Translations under genes and position numbers: made by a program
Source: a virus
Taxonomy: Duplodnaviria > Caudoviricetes
Virus record (IMG/VR): IMGVR_UViG_3300012920_000037
Span: 1 to 62,365 of that record
Strand: one strand, 5' to 3'
DNA: 62,365 nucleotides
Notes under the pieces: generated by a model
The model's database searches: none
What the model was told of the DNA's origin: nothing
Seen by the model: only the letters and a program-made list of their open reading frames with translations
Part shown: one piece after another, positions 45,140 through 55,079 of the stretch
Layout: each line of letters opens with the position of its first letter
Position numbering within the stretch: the first letter of the stretch is position 1

Positions 45140-45721
45140 ATGTCATTTTGGACCGAAAACACAACAGAACCTAAAAGAAATTTTAGATGGCGAGTCACTC
45201 TAGGTGGTGCATTCGAAAAATCCGCATCGAGCGGTATCGTTTGGTGGGCAAAAACCGTTGATACTCCAAGCTTCACAGTTACGGATGTTACTCACTCATT
45301 CTTCGACAATGAATACAAGTTCCCCGGACGAGTTCAGTGGCAAGATGTTAACATGACTTTGGTTGATCCAATTTCTCCTAACGCTGCTCAGATGACCAAT
45401 CAAATCATTTTGGACTCAGGCTATAGCATTAAAGGTACGCAAGATTTTGGAGCGAACCCAACGTCAATCACAAAGGTTGGTGCTAACAAAGCAATGGGCA
45501 ATGTTCTTATTGAAATTCTCAAGGGCGACGGAAGTCCAGTTGAGACATGGACTCTTAATAATCCATTTATCACATCAGTTAAGTACTCGACTCTTGACTA
45601 TACCAATGACGACATGAGAACAATCGACTTGACCCTCAAGTATGACTGGGCAAATTGCTTGCATCCTGATGATAAGTTCGGAGATCAACTGCAATTCCCT
45701 AAACCTGGTGAGCAGAAATAA
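45140..45721 (+). CDS. tail tube protein (gp19-like)
   Basis: EPKRNFRW, YKFPGRVQWQDV, ETWTL, LDY..LTLKYDWA. Confidence 0.88.
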   Translation: MSFWTENTTEPKRNFRWRVTLGGAFEKSASSGIVWWAKTVDTPSFTVTDVTHSFFDNEYKFPGRVQWQDVNMTLVDPISPNAAQMTNQIILDSGYSIKGTQDFGANPTSITKVGANKAMGNVLIEILKGDGSPVETWTLNNPFITSVKYSTLDYTNDDMRTIDLTLKYDWANCLHPDDKFGDQLQFPKPGEQK

Positions 45722-45730
45722 GGAGTCTAA

Positions 45731-46225
45731 ATGACCTTTTGGAACGTCAGCGGAAAAGATGCCCTTCAGCCAAAGCGCAACTATCGTTTTAGATTTAGAG
45801 ACGGTGATGGTACGGCATGGTGGTGGGCAAAAACCGTTGACAAGCCATCGTTTGATATTTCCAGCAATGAGTATCAACTTATCAATCATAAGTTCAAGTA
45901 TCCCGGAATCGCAACATGGAAACCGATATCGCTTACAGTTGTAGATGTTGGAGACGCCATAAACCTTATATACACTGAACTTGAAGCTCTCGGATACAAA
46001 AGTCCTTCATCAGATGTAATGACGGGCCTAGCTAAAGATCACGATGGACTATTCAATCAAGTGATCGTTGAACAACTTGAGGGCAAAGAGGGAAAGGCAA
46101 TTGAAACATGGACTCTACATGGAGCCTTCATCACATCGCTTTCAATGTCGAAACTTGACTATAGTAATGATGATTTGTCTGAGATAACAATTGAAATAAC
46201 TTACGATTACGCTGAGCTAACATAA
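45731..46225 (+). CDS. tail tube protein paralog
   Basis: QPKRNYRF, FKYPGIATWKPI, ETWTL, LDY..ITYDYA. Confidence 0.85.
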   Translation: MTFWNVSGKDALQPKRNYRFRFRDGDGTAWWWAKTVDKPSFDISSNEYQLINHKFKYPGIATWKPISLTVVDVGDAINLIYTELEALGYKSPSSDVMTGLAKDHDGLFNQVIVEQLEGKEGKAIETWTLHGAFITSLSMSKLDYSNDDLSEITIEITYDYAELT

Positions 46226-46241
46226 ACAACATACTGGAGGT

Positions 46242-47078
46242 ATGATGGGAAGAAATTCCGACCGTCTTGGAATAGACAATAAAGCAGAGCCAGCAGAGGC
46301 TCCACCAACAATGAGTCCACTAAACTTCGTGGCTCCCACAGAAATCGTTGACCTCCCTTCAAAGGGACTAGGGTATCCAGAGGATCATCCTCTCAACGGA
46401 AAAGAATATATCGAGATCAGATACATGACGGCAAAGGACGAAGACACCTTGTCGAACCAATCTCTTCTTAAGAAAGGTATTGCACTCGAAAGAGTATTGG
46501 AAAACATCATCACAGACGCCAATATTGACCCTCTAAGCCTTCTTGTGTGTGACCGCAACGCAATAGTCATCCAAGCTCGTGCAACGGCTTACGGAGCGGA
46601 TTATGACGCCGTGGTGAGTTGTCCTAAATGTGCGACAAAGAACCAAATGTCCTTTGATTTGAGGGCTCCAAAGGTTGAAGGCGGACTGGAGGAAGATGAT
46701 TCTGATGTTAAGTACATTGGAGATGGTTTGTTCGAGACAAAGATGCCCGGCACAAAGTTCACGGTTAAGTTCAGGCTCGCAAATGGCGAAGACGAAAACA
46801 GAATCATGGAGATGGCGGTGTCTGGTAAAACGGTTGACTTCGGAGCTGTTGAGCAATACAAGAAGATGATCAAATCTGTTGAGGGTTTCACAGAACAAGA
46901 AGTCATTCACTCATACGTTGACAATATGATCGTCACAGATGCATCGCATTTAAAGAAGTGCCTTAAAGACTGCACGACAAGCATTAGAATTACCGAAACT
47001 CTTAAATGCAAGAATTGCTCAAACGAGCAGGAGGTCGACGTTCCTTTTGGAACGGACTTTTTTTGGCCTAACCTCTAA
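46242..47078 (+). CDS. baseplate hub assembly protein / tail assembly chaperone
   Basis: VDLPSKG..Y, MTAKDEDTL, CPKC, CKNC, ends DFFWP. Confidence 0.8.
   Translation: MMGRNSDRLGIDNKAEPAEAPPTMSPLNFVAPTEIVDLPSKGLGYPEDHPLNGKEYIEIRYMTAKDEDTLSNQSLLKKGIALERVLENIITDANIDPLSLLVCDRNAIVIQARATAYGADYDAVVSCPKCATKNQMSFDLRAPKVEGGLEEDDSDVKYIGDGLFETKMPGTKFTVKFRLANGEDENRIMEMAVSGKTVDFGAVEQYKKMIKSVEGFTEQEVIHSYVDNMIVTDASHLKKCLKDCTTSIRITETLKCKNCSNEQEVDVPFGTDFFWPNL
47058..47064 (+). other. putative programmed frameshift site (T7 run)
   Basis: GAC TTT TTT TGG; +1 frame stays open into downstream ORF. Confidence 0.55.
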
Positions 47079-47082
47079 GTTC

Positions 47083-47250
47083 ATGGAAGGAGTCTACGAA
47101 CAATTCTTCATTCTCAAGCATTTTGGAGGGTGGTCGTTGACCGAAGCATACAGTCTTCCGATTGGCTTGAGAAGCTGGTTTGTCGAGAGGCTTAAAAAGC
47201 AGTTTGAAGAAGAAGCAAAAGAGATAAAGAAAGCCCAGAAGAAACGATGA
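47083..47250 (+). CDS. small tail chaperone-like ORF (likely frameshift extension of 46242 gene)
   Basis: YEQFFILKHFGGWSLTEAYSLPIGLRSWF; no RBS before ATG 47083; directly before tape measure. Confidence 0.7.
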   Translation: MEGVYEQFFILKHFGGWSLTEAYSLPIGLRSWFVERLKKQFEEEAKEIKKAQKKR

Positions 47251-47275
47251 GTCTTTTGGGTTTTTGTTTTTGGAG

Positions 47276-47282
47276 CTAATTA
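47276..47282 (+). promoter_or_regulatory. putative late promoter motif CTAATTA
   Basis: 21 nt before ATG 47304. Confidence 0.55.
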
Positions 47283-47303
47283 GGGAATAACGAGGGACAA
47301 TAC

Positions 47304-49577
47304 ATGGCTGAACCGTCAATTGAAGAAATACTGAAAGCTATCGAGAAGGCATCGAAAGATAACCCTACTGCTTTTAAGAGACTGCAGACTGCTTTGCAGG
47401 TGAAAGTCCAAGAGGGCACGAATAGGACAAACAGAGAAGGCAACGAAAAAGAGATTGATGCAATCTTAAAAAATGAACAGTCTCGGCTAGAAGTTCTCAC
47501 TCAGTCTGCTAAGCTGATGAATGATCAAGTTGAAGCTAGAAAGCAAGAAGCTGAGCTTTTGAAAACAAAATTAGAGTTAGCCCTCAGGCAAGAAATAACA
47601 GACAAAGAACATTTATCTGAATTGCTAGCTTCTGTTGAGGCCGGCGAGAAAATGACCGGATATGCAGACAAGTATAAAGATTCTACTATCGAAATAATAA
47701 AACAATACAACAAATTGGTCCCCCTCCAAGAGGAGGTCAACAAACTAAGTCACGAACACAAGAGAAATATTAGCGATATTGTTGATGGAATGGGAAGTAT
47801 CGTTGGATTATCTGATAAATATTCGAAAAGTTTTGTTGGGAAAATGACGAAGACTTTTGAACTTTTTGGAAAAGGCACCGATGAATCAAAAGCAGCGATA
47901 CAAGATTTTAAAGACAAATTTTCAACAATGTTCTCAGTGCAAAACATTGCGATGAACATTGGATCGGCAATTTTCAGCCAATCCATGAAGACTCTAAGAG
48001 CTTTTGATGATGCGACAGCCAACCTTGCCAAGACAACTGGTACAGTGGGCAAATTCAATGACGTCCTTTATGATGCGCAGAGAGCAGGAAACCTTCTTGG
48101 CGTATCTATGAGCGATGTTGGAAACGCAATCGCTACATTGAACTCCGGTACGACCCAATTCGCAAAACTAAACAAGCAAACCCAAAAGCAACTCGCCATC
48201 TCAACATCTCAGTTCGAGAAACTTGGAGTGTCCTCTCAAGATTCTGCTGCTTTTATGGAGAATGCATTTAAAATCATGAACATGGGTGCGACTGAGGCGA
48301 TTCAAGTTCAAAAAGAACTTGCTATGGCTGGTGTCGACTTAGGTATTGGAGCAGACAAGATCGTTAAAGACTTTAACGCTGCCTCAAAAACACTTGCTGT
48401 ATATGGTAAAGACTCTGTAAAGATTTTTAAAGACCTCGCGGCTCAAGCAAAGGCTGCTGGTGTTGAAGTATCAACTCTCCTTGGTATTGTTCAGAAGTTT
48501 GATACATTCTCTGGTGCAGCTGAAGGTGCTGCACACTTTAATGCCCTACTGGGTACACAGTTGTCAACAACCGAGATGCTGATGATGACTGAAGAAGAGA
48601 GAATGAAGACTTTAATAGAACAAGTCCAAGCACAAGGCGTTGCCTTCGGAGATATGGATCGTTTCACTCAAAAGGCAATCGCATCTGCTGCTGGAATTAA
48701 TGATATGAACGAGGCCAACAGAATATTCTCAATGAGCCTTTCAGACTACGAAGCAAACGCCGCACAGATGGAAAACAACGCTAATGCTCAGGCAAAGTTT
48801 GATGAGGCCGTTCAAGCAACCGTCCCAACAATGAACAAATTTAAAAACCTTGCGACTGAATTAGTGACCATGGTCCAACCTGCTCTGGAGAAACTCGGCG
48901 AAATTGCAGATTATCTAACAGAAGCATTCCAAGGAATGAGCAAAGAAACGAAAGAGAATATAAGTGGAATTGCCTTGCTTCTAGCTGGACTGGCTACTTT
49001 GGCTCCAATTGTAGCTGTCGGCGGAGGCTTAGTAACTGGTCTTACTGCGATGGGTGGAGCAATTGGTGGTATTGGCGTAGGGATTGCAACAGCAATCAAA
49101 GCAATATCTGCCGCAACAACAACTGGGGTAGGCGCTGCTGTGTTAGGAGCATTGCTGCTAACTGGTGGTGGTATAGCAGTGGCCATGGCTTCGATAGCTA
49201 AAAGCAAAGCTGAGATGGCCGAGTCAAACGCCAAAATGATGAGCCAAGGATCTGCTACCATAGCATCTATAGCTGAGATAGGTCAGGCAGATTTTTCCGG
49301 AATCGCAGTCAAATTCCGAGAAGTTGTTGATGAACTCAATTCAATGAGTACAGACGTAAAAGTAACATCGATGATGCAGAACCTGTCTTTAATTAGTGCT
49401 GGGACAGCTATAGACATCACTGGGGCAAAGATAACGGGTTCGTCAACAAACATAAACACTACGGTAAGGAATATGTTTGAGGGTGCCACGATTAGTCTGA
49501 AAGCTGGTGGTAGAGAATTTGAAGGATACTTTGAAGATCTAGCAGCAAAAGTTGTGGTTAGCCAAGCTAAACAATAG
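47304..49577 (+). CDS. tape measure protein
   Basis: long helical Ala/Gly-rich protein with hydrophobic segments; follows chaperone genes. Confidence 0.85.
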   Translation: MAEPSIEEILKAIEKASKDNPTAFKRLQTALQVKVQEGTNRTNREGNEKEIDAILKNEQSRLEVLTQSAKLMNDQVEARKQEAELLKTKLELALRQEITDKEHLSELLASVEAGEKMTGYADKYKDSTIEIIKQYNKLVPLQEEVNKLSHEHKRNISDIVDGMGSIVGLSDKYSKSFVGKMTKTFELFGKGTDESKAAIQDFKDKFSTMFSVQNIAMNIGSAIFSQSMKTLRAFDDATANLAKTTGTVGKFNDVLYDAQRAGNLLGVSMSDVGNAIATLNSGTTQFAKLNKQTQKQLAISTSQFEKLGVSSQDSAAFMENAFKIMNMGATEAIQVQKELAMAGVDLGIGADKIVKDFNAASKTLAVYGKDSVKIFKDLAAQAKAAGVEVSTLLGIVQKFDTFSGAAEGAAHFNALLGTQLSTTEMLMMTEEERMKTLIEQVQAQGVAFGDMDRFTQKAIASAAGINDMNEANRIFSMSLSDYEANAAQMENNANAQAKFDEAVQATVPTMNKFKNLATELVTMVQPALEKLGEIADYLTEAFQGMSKETKENISGIALLLAGLATLAPIVAVGGGLVTGLTAMGGAIGGIGVGIATAIKAISAATTTGVGAAVLGALLLTGGGIAVAMASIAKSKAEMAESNAKMMSQGSATIASIAEIGQADFSGIAVKFREVVDELNSMSTDVKVTSMMQNLSLISAGTAIDITGAKITGSSTNINTTVRNMFEGATISLKAGGREFEGYFEDLAAKVVVSQAKQ

Positions 49578-49586
49578 GAGAAATAA

Positions 49587-50231
49587 ATGAGCATAGATTA
49601 TATAGGGAAGTACGCCGACAATACGGCAGGGGAATTGGGCATTAGTTCAGTAATAGGCAACGGCAACGATAATAAAAGGCTTGCTGTTTCTTTTTTGGCT
49701 TTTCTTACGTCATTTAATGATAGTATGACTTCAAATTGGAACGAAGAGCAAGTATATGGTAGACCAGACCCAATTGGCACATTTCAAAACACAACCAGAA
49801 AAATTTCTTTAGCTTTTGATGTCCCATCAAAAGATTTAAATGAGGCTAAAGAAAATTTAAAAAAGATCAACAAAGTCAAACAAATGATGTACCCGGCATA
49901 CTCATCTTCTATTAAGCCTGCTTCTGAGGAATCGCCTGAGGTAACAACAAATGCACTATCTCTCGCAAAACCTCCTCTTGTGAGGTTGTTCTTTACGAAT
50001 CTAATTCAAGATCAATCAGCGAAGAGAGGGCTGCTTGGTTGGATTGGTTCATTTTCTGCGAATCCTGTTATCGACATGGGAATGTTTCATGAAAATGGAA
50101 AACTATATCCCAAAGTGTATAATGCAACAATTGATTTTACACCACAGCATGAGTTTGATCTAGGGTTTAACACATCAGATGGTAAAGGAATTAATTCTGG
50201 ATCATTCGCATCATTTCCATATGGGGGCTAA
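49587..50231 (+). CDS. baseplate/tail tube initiator protein
   Basis: FNDSMTSNWNEEQVYGRPDPIGTFQNTTRKISLAF, MMYP, PPLVRL. Confidence 0.75.
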   Translation: MSIDYIGKYADNTAGELGISSVIGNGNDNKRLAVSFLAFLTSFNDSMTSNWNEEQVYGRPDPIGTFQNTTRKISLAFDVPSKDLNEAKENLKKINKVKQMMYPAYSSSIKPASEESPEVTTNALSLAKPPLVRLFFTNLIQDQSAKRGLLGWIGSFSANPVIDMGMFHENGKLYPKVYNATIDFTPQHEFDLGFNTSDGKGINSGSFASFPYGG

Positions 50232-50233
50232 CA

Positions 50234-50566
50234 ATGTCAAGATTAAAATCAAGAAGAGTGGCGAAAAATAGAAACGAAATGTATGAGAAAATCTTTGAAG
50301 ACCGTGGGATCAAAGAGGTTCAACAGTTTTCCACACCTGTTCTTAGTAATCCATCTCAAAAAGATATCGACAGAATACCAACCATTGAGCACACATGGTC
50401 AAACGGCGACCGGTTCTGGCTTCTTGCATCAAAACATATGGGGGACCAATCACTATGGTGGGTTATAGCCAAACTAAACAATCGACCAACAGAGGCTCAT
50501 TGCGTGGAGGGCGAGGAGATTAAAATTCCAACAAACGTTGCAGTTGCTTTAGAGGTGTTAGCATGA
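50234..50566 (+). CDS. LysM-like baseplate protein (gp53/tail X-like)
   Basis: GDRFWLLA..GD..LWWVIA..N..GEEIKIP. Confidence 0.8.
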   Translation: MSRLKSRRVAKNRNEMYEKIFEDRGIKEVQQFSTPVLSNPSQKDIDRIPTIEHTWSNGDRFWLLASKHMGDQSLWWVIAKLNNRPTEAHCVEGEEIKIPTNVAVALEVLA

Positions 50567-53500
50567 GTGAAGAGGAAACAAACTTTAGATCAAAAATAAA
50601 AGAGCTTTTATCTGGTAAATACTCTCCGCAGAATATTAACAATGGGCCTTCAAATCTCATCAATCAAGATCTTTTGAATCTACTTCTCAACGAATACTTT
50701 ACCGACTCTCAATTGACTCCTCAGCTAGAAAAAGCTATTGACGATTATTTAAACGGAAAAGCGCTAACTATTTTAGGTCCAAACTTTGAAGATGAGCAAG
50801 AATACAAGTTTGCCGTTAGCCACTGGATGATTAAATCTATTGAGGCCAATCTGATGGACCCTGCTAACAGGGGATTGTTTGAACTATTATTGTTGGTTCA
50901 ATATTCAGATAAAATGATCAACTACATAACATACGATAAAGATGAGTTCATAATACTAAAAGTTATTAATCCCGTTCGAAATATACAAGTAGATCAGCAT
51001 ATAGGAAAAATTATTGGAGACGCTATAAAAAATGATAGTATGGACAATTTATTTTCTAACACCTACTTGGCCGATTTGGTTGTGGTTTACAATTACAATC
51101 AATTTAAGAGAGAAGTATCCAACAACATAGCAATAGGCTTAAGATCTGGTAGAGTTGGTGCACAAATTGAATTATCTCAGGATTTCTTGGATGGCCCATT
51201 GGCCTTTGAGAAAGATGGCGACAAAGTAAGGCTGAGCAAGACTTTTCCATCTTTAAATTCTGCAGGCGCTACTCAAGCGGCTGTGCCTCATATGCCGGTA
51301 AATAAGCTGGAAGAATTTAAAGAAGCTACCAAGTGGGATACTCGTGTAAATCAACTAAGAAGAATGGATACAAACTCTCCCGATGCATATTATACAGATG
51401 AGCAGATTTTTACTCTTGCAGACTCTTTCGAAGGAAAAGATATAACAAAAAATCCATTTCACTTTTATACTGGTGAAATATATGATTCTTGGGGAAAGGC
51501 GTTTGATTCTGACTACTGGTTAGAGGTCGGCAAATCAATAGGCGAAGTAAAAGATATGGTTGTCGGCGCTACCATGGAAACTTTCTTTGAAGGTGAAGAA
51601 AATCCAGAAGGAGATTATGATGTTTTAGCCACGAAGATTTGGAGGGGGTCTTTGATTAAAGATTTTGAAGCCGAAGATGATTCCCCAATTTTACCAGATA
51701 TTGATGAAGGGAGTGTGGCTGCGCTGGTCGGCGTTCCTGTGGCAACGATTATGACCAAATATGCCGTTAATAAGGTTGCAGCAGAGAGAATGAAGACCGT
51801 TGTGCAAGCTTATAGGAAATCGAAAGGCTTCAGGGGTGTAACCCAGTTGAAAAACATTGCTAATCTTCAAAAAGCATTCAATATAGCTACGAAGGCAAAG
51901 AAAGTGTCCAGGGTAACTACTACGATTGTGAGAGCAGCTAAATTTCTTAGAGTGGTAGCTACTGGGAAAGCTGCTTTGATTGCTCTTAACTTAGCTATAC
52001 TTCTTGGTTTTGGGTATGCAATCTGGAGAGCTGAGGAGACGAGTCAGACTAAGAGATTAGAAAAGTTAATGCTATCAAAATATAACGACTTTGTATACAA
52101 AGCGATCGTTGCCTTTGAAGCAGAAGAAAAAGTTGCCGATGCTTTTCGAGAAGCCGCTAACGAACTAAGTTTTTTGAACAATGTTTTGCAGATATTTGGG
52201 GTAGATAAAGAGGTAGAAAGAAGGGTGCGTCTATTCAACAGATTTTCTTTTGAACTCAATAGGGATGAACAGTTCTTAGACGATAACAATGCTCTTGATG
52301 TTATTGCAGCAATTGCTGGCTCCATCACTGCTGGTTTTGCAAACATAGATTTGCCGGAAATAACTGATCTAGACGAGGAGCAAATTCAAGACCGACAAAA
52401 ATTCTATAAACAATGCGCGTTGATGATGAATATGGCCAATCTAGCGCCGGTTTATGAACAACATATTCTAGACAGACAGTCGGAACCCGCAATTGCTGAT
52501 GGTCCAGATACGAGCAAGCCTTATGGTGGACGATTTTGGCGAGCAACATCAAAGAATAAAGAAAAACTAATCAACAATCTATTTTCTTCCGAGCAATCTC
52601 AAGAGTTGTTCGAAATACCAGCTCATGTAATGACGCAGCTGACTCCTCGATTTAAACTATATAAGGTTCTCAATGGTAAATCGGGAGACCTTAAGAGAAC
52701 GGAGTTTGTTTTTCCAATGCAAACAGATTTAACAAGAAAAAAGAACTTTGCAAAAACACAATCTCTACGACCGGAAACAAAAGTGGAGGGAACGGTACCT
52801 TCGTTTCTAGAGGCACATTTTGATAAAGGCGATGGCGTCGGTCTTAAGAGTTTTAGTTTGGATTTTAATGGTACAAACCCTGCCGAGGCTAGGAATGATG
52901 TTAAAGGCTCAATGACTTTGTTTTTTCAAAGTTTCGCAGACTTTATTAGAGAAAGAGTTGATAAAAATAATAACAAATTCAGCTTTGTAGACTTAATTGT
53001 TCAGCCACCACCGGATGATGAAAATGGAGAAATTGTCCAAGGCATCCCTAAGCACTCCAAAAGGCAATATGACGCTTCCTTCTATAGAATCATGGTCGAA
53101 ATTGGATATAATGTACCTGATAAATTGGAAGGATATAGCTCTAACCTCACTAAAGTTCAAAATGCTATTAAAAACATGAACAAATCCTTTTATCTTTGCA
53201 TGATTGACCACGACTTCAAGATTAAAAACGATGGTACAGTAGAAGTAAACCTGACTTACAGGGCATATATTGAAACTGCGCTAAAAAGTTTGAGGTTCGA
53301 TGCTCTAACGACACCTGAACTGGCCAAGCAAAGAGAAATTAATGAAACAAAATTAGCTGAAATGACTGAGGCTGGATGTACTGATCAGCAGCTTGAAGAT
53401 TTGAAAGTAGTCATTTCTGCCCTAGAGGAACAAATAGTTAAGAACTCTCTTAATTCTATTATGAAAAGACTTCAGAAGAGAGGAAAAATATTTACATGCG

Positions 53501-55071
53501 AAATAAATGAGAATGACAGAAGACAATTTTTAACTAATGGTTTTTTTCGGAAATGTGAAATAATGACCGGAATTAAGCTAGACAAGCTAGCTGGCGCTAA
53601 CACTGGTGACTTAGGCATTGTGCTGAATACGAGGCTGCCTGATAAGAGCACTGGTTTCAATTTCAACGACGCAGACAAGAATGATACGCTAGTCCAATTC
53701 TTTTTCTTTGGAGATTTGCTACATACAATTTTAGATACCTTGTATATCGAAGAAGGTAAAAAGCTAGCCAGAGGATTGAAAAATACAATGATAGTCCTAG
53801 GGTCGTTCTATTTTAAAGTGTTTCAAAGGGAGCAAGGTATTGGACAAACCAGCTTTAATATATCGCAGATACCAGTCTCTGTTGAATTTTTCTCTAGATG
53901 GTTTGTTGATAATGTGATCAATCAAAAATCGACAAGACGATCTTTTCCAATTTTAAATTTTATAAGATCATTGACTAATGCTCTCACTTCAAATGCGTTA
54001 CTCGAGTCTTGCGTCAATAGAGAAGTTGATGATAGATTAATGTTTCAAACAACACAAGTATCATCTTATTCCCCAATTGGAGTAGATATATTGGGAACAT
54101 TGATAGATAATTTTCCCGGCACTGCAATACTAGATACTGACTATTGGCGTGGAGCGACGGCTGGTAGACAGCTTCCATTGGAAGGAAGTCCCCAGGGCGA
54201 TTCTAAGATTAAAAACTTTTTTCACTACATTGTATTAAATGCAAATGGGTCAACAAGGTCCCATAAGGGTACGGGAAACTATGCGGAAGATATCGGATCT
54301 GGAGTTTTTCATATGGAAATAGGCTCAAACAGAGGATTAATTAAAACTATAGGTTTCTCAAAGACAGACTTACAGTTCGTTAGGGAGGCAAGATATATGA
54401 GAAATGGAATCGATGGTTTGCAACAACTATCCTCTGTTTACACAGTATCGGTCGATATGTTTGGCAACACATTGTTTTATCCGGGCATGGATGTGTGGAT
54501 TAATCCATATGGCTTTGGAGGCACAGCTCTAGGAAGCCCTACGGATGGTGAAAATGGAGCACGGTCTCTAGCTAACATACTTGGATTGGGAGGGTACCAT
54601 ACGATTACGGGTGTATCCACAACATTAACACCTCAGTCTTTTTCTACAACAATAAAAGCTCATCACTACTACTCTGGTGATATCAAGCCGATAGATGCTG
54701 CTAATAAAAACAGCAATGGAAAGAACAAAAGCTTGGAAGAGGGCGGTGTCAATGAAACTCAAAACAAAAATAAAGATTTTTGTGATTCAGAAATTGTGAG
54801 AATTCAGACTATCGGAAAAAATAATGGTATTGAACTTGCCTCTCTTGGTATGAAAATAGAAAGCCCTGAGCCTGAACCTGTTGCTCAAGAAAACGAACAG
54901 GCTGTACAGGCTATTCAAGAACCCATTATTGAAAGCACAAGAGAAGGTCCGGGCACTCGTGTTATCGATGGCGTTGAGGTAGAGGGTTTCTATGAGACAG
55001 ACGCTGATGGTAATGATATTTTTGCATACAGTGACGGTGAGTCCAGCTATGTAATACGGCTAGGGAGTTAA
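50563..55071 (+). CDS. large baseplate hub-like structural protein
   Basis: C-terminal half has hub/late-control-D-like features (Y.VSVDMFGNTLFYPGM, GGYHTITGV...FSTTI). Confidence 0.6.
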   Translation: MSEEETNFRSKIKELLSGKYSPQNINNGPSNLINQDLLNLLLNEYFTDSQLTPQLEKAIDDYLNGKALTILGPNFEDEQEYKFAVSHWMIKSIEANLMDPANRGLFELLLLVQYSDKMINYITYDKDEFIILKVINPVRNIQVDQHIGKIIGDAIKNDSMDNLFSNTYLADLVVVYNYNQFKREVSNNIAIGLRSGRVGAQIELSQDFLDGPLAFEKDGDKVRLSKTFPSLNSAGATQAAVPHMPVNKLEEFKEATKWDTRVNQLRRMDTNSPDAYYTDEQIFTLADSFEGKDITKNPFHFYTGEIYDSWGKAFDSDYWLEVGKSIGEVKDMVVGATMETFFEGEENPEGDYDVLATKIWRGSLIKDFEAEDDSPILPDIDEGSVAALVGVPVATIMTKYAVNKVAAERMKTVVQAYRKSKGFRGVTQLKNIANLQKAFNIATKAKKVSRVTTTIVRAAKFLRVVATGKAALIALNLAILLGFGYAIWRAEETSQTKRLEKLMLSKYNDFVYKAIVAFEAEEKVADAFREAANELSFLNNVLQIFGVDKEVERRVRLFNRFSFELNRDEQFLDDNNALDVIAAIAGSITAGFANIDLPEITDLDEEQIQDRQKFYKQCALMMNMANLAPVYEQHILDRQSEPAIADGPDTSKPYGGRFWRATSKNKEKLINNLFSSEQSQELFEIPAHVMTQLTPRFKLYKVLNGKSGDLKRTEFVFPMQTDLTRKKNFAKTQSLRPETKVEGTVPSFLEAHFDKGDGVGLKSFSLDFNGTNPAEARNDVKGSMTLFFQSFADFIRERVDKNNNKFSFVDLIVQPPPDDENGEIVQGIPKHSKRQYDASFYRIMVEIGYNVPDKLEGYSSNLTKVQNAIKNMNKSFYLCMIDHDFKIKNDGTVEVNLTYRAYIETALKSLRFDALTTPELAKQREINETKLAEMTEAGCTDQQLEDLKVVISALEEQIVKNSLNSIMKRLQKRGKIFTCEINENDRRQFLTNGFFRKCEIMTGIKLDKLAGANTGDLGIVLNTRLPDKSTGFNFNDADKNDTLVQFFFFGDLLHTILDTLYIEEGKKLARGLKNTMIVLGSFYFKVFQREQGIGQTSFNISQIPVSVEFFSRWFVDNVINQKSTRRSFPILNFIRSLTNALTSNALLESCVNREVDDRLMFQTTQVSSYSPIGVDILGTLIDNFPGTAILDTDYWRGATAGRQLPLEGSPQGDSKIKNFFHYIVLNANGSTRSHKGTGNYAEDIGSGVFHMEIGSNRGLIKTIGFSKTDLQFVREARYMRNGIDGLQQLSSVYTVSVDMFGNTLFYPGMDVWINPYGFGGTALGSPTDGENGARSLANILGLGGYHTITGVSTTLTPQSFSTTIKAHHYYSGDIKPIDAANKNSNGKNKSLEEGGVNETQNKNKDFCDSEIVRIQTIGKNNGIELASLGMKIESPEPEPVAQENEQAVQAIQEPIIESTREGPGTRVIDGVEVEGFYETDADGNDIFAYSDGESSYVIRLGS

Positions 55072-55079
55072 AAGAAACG

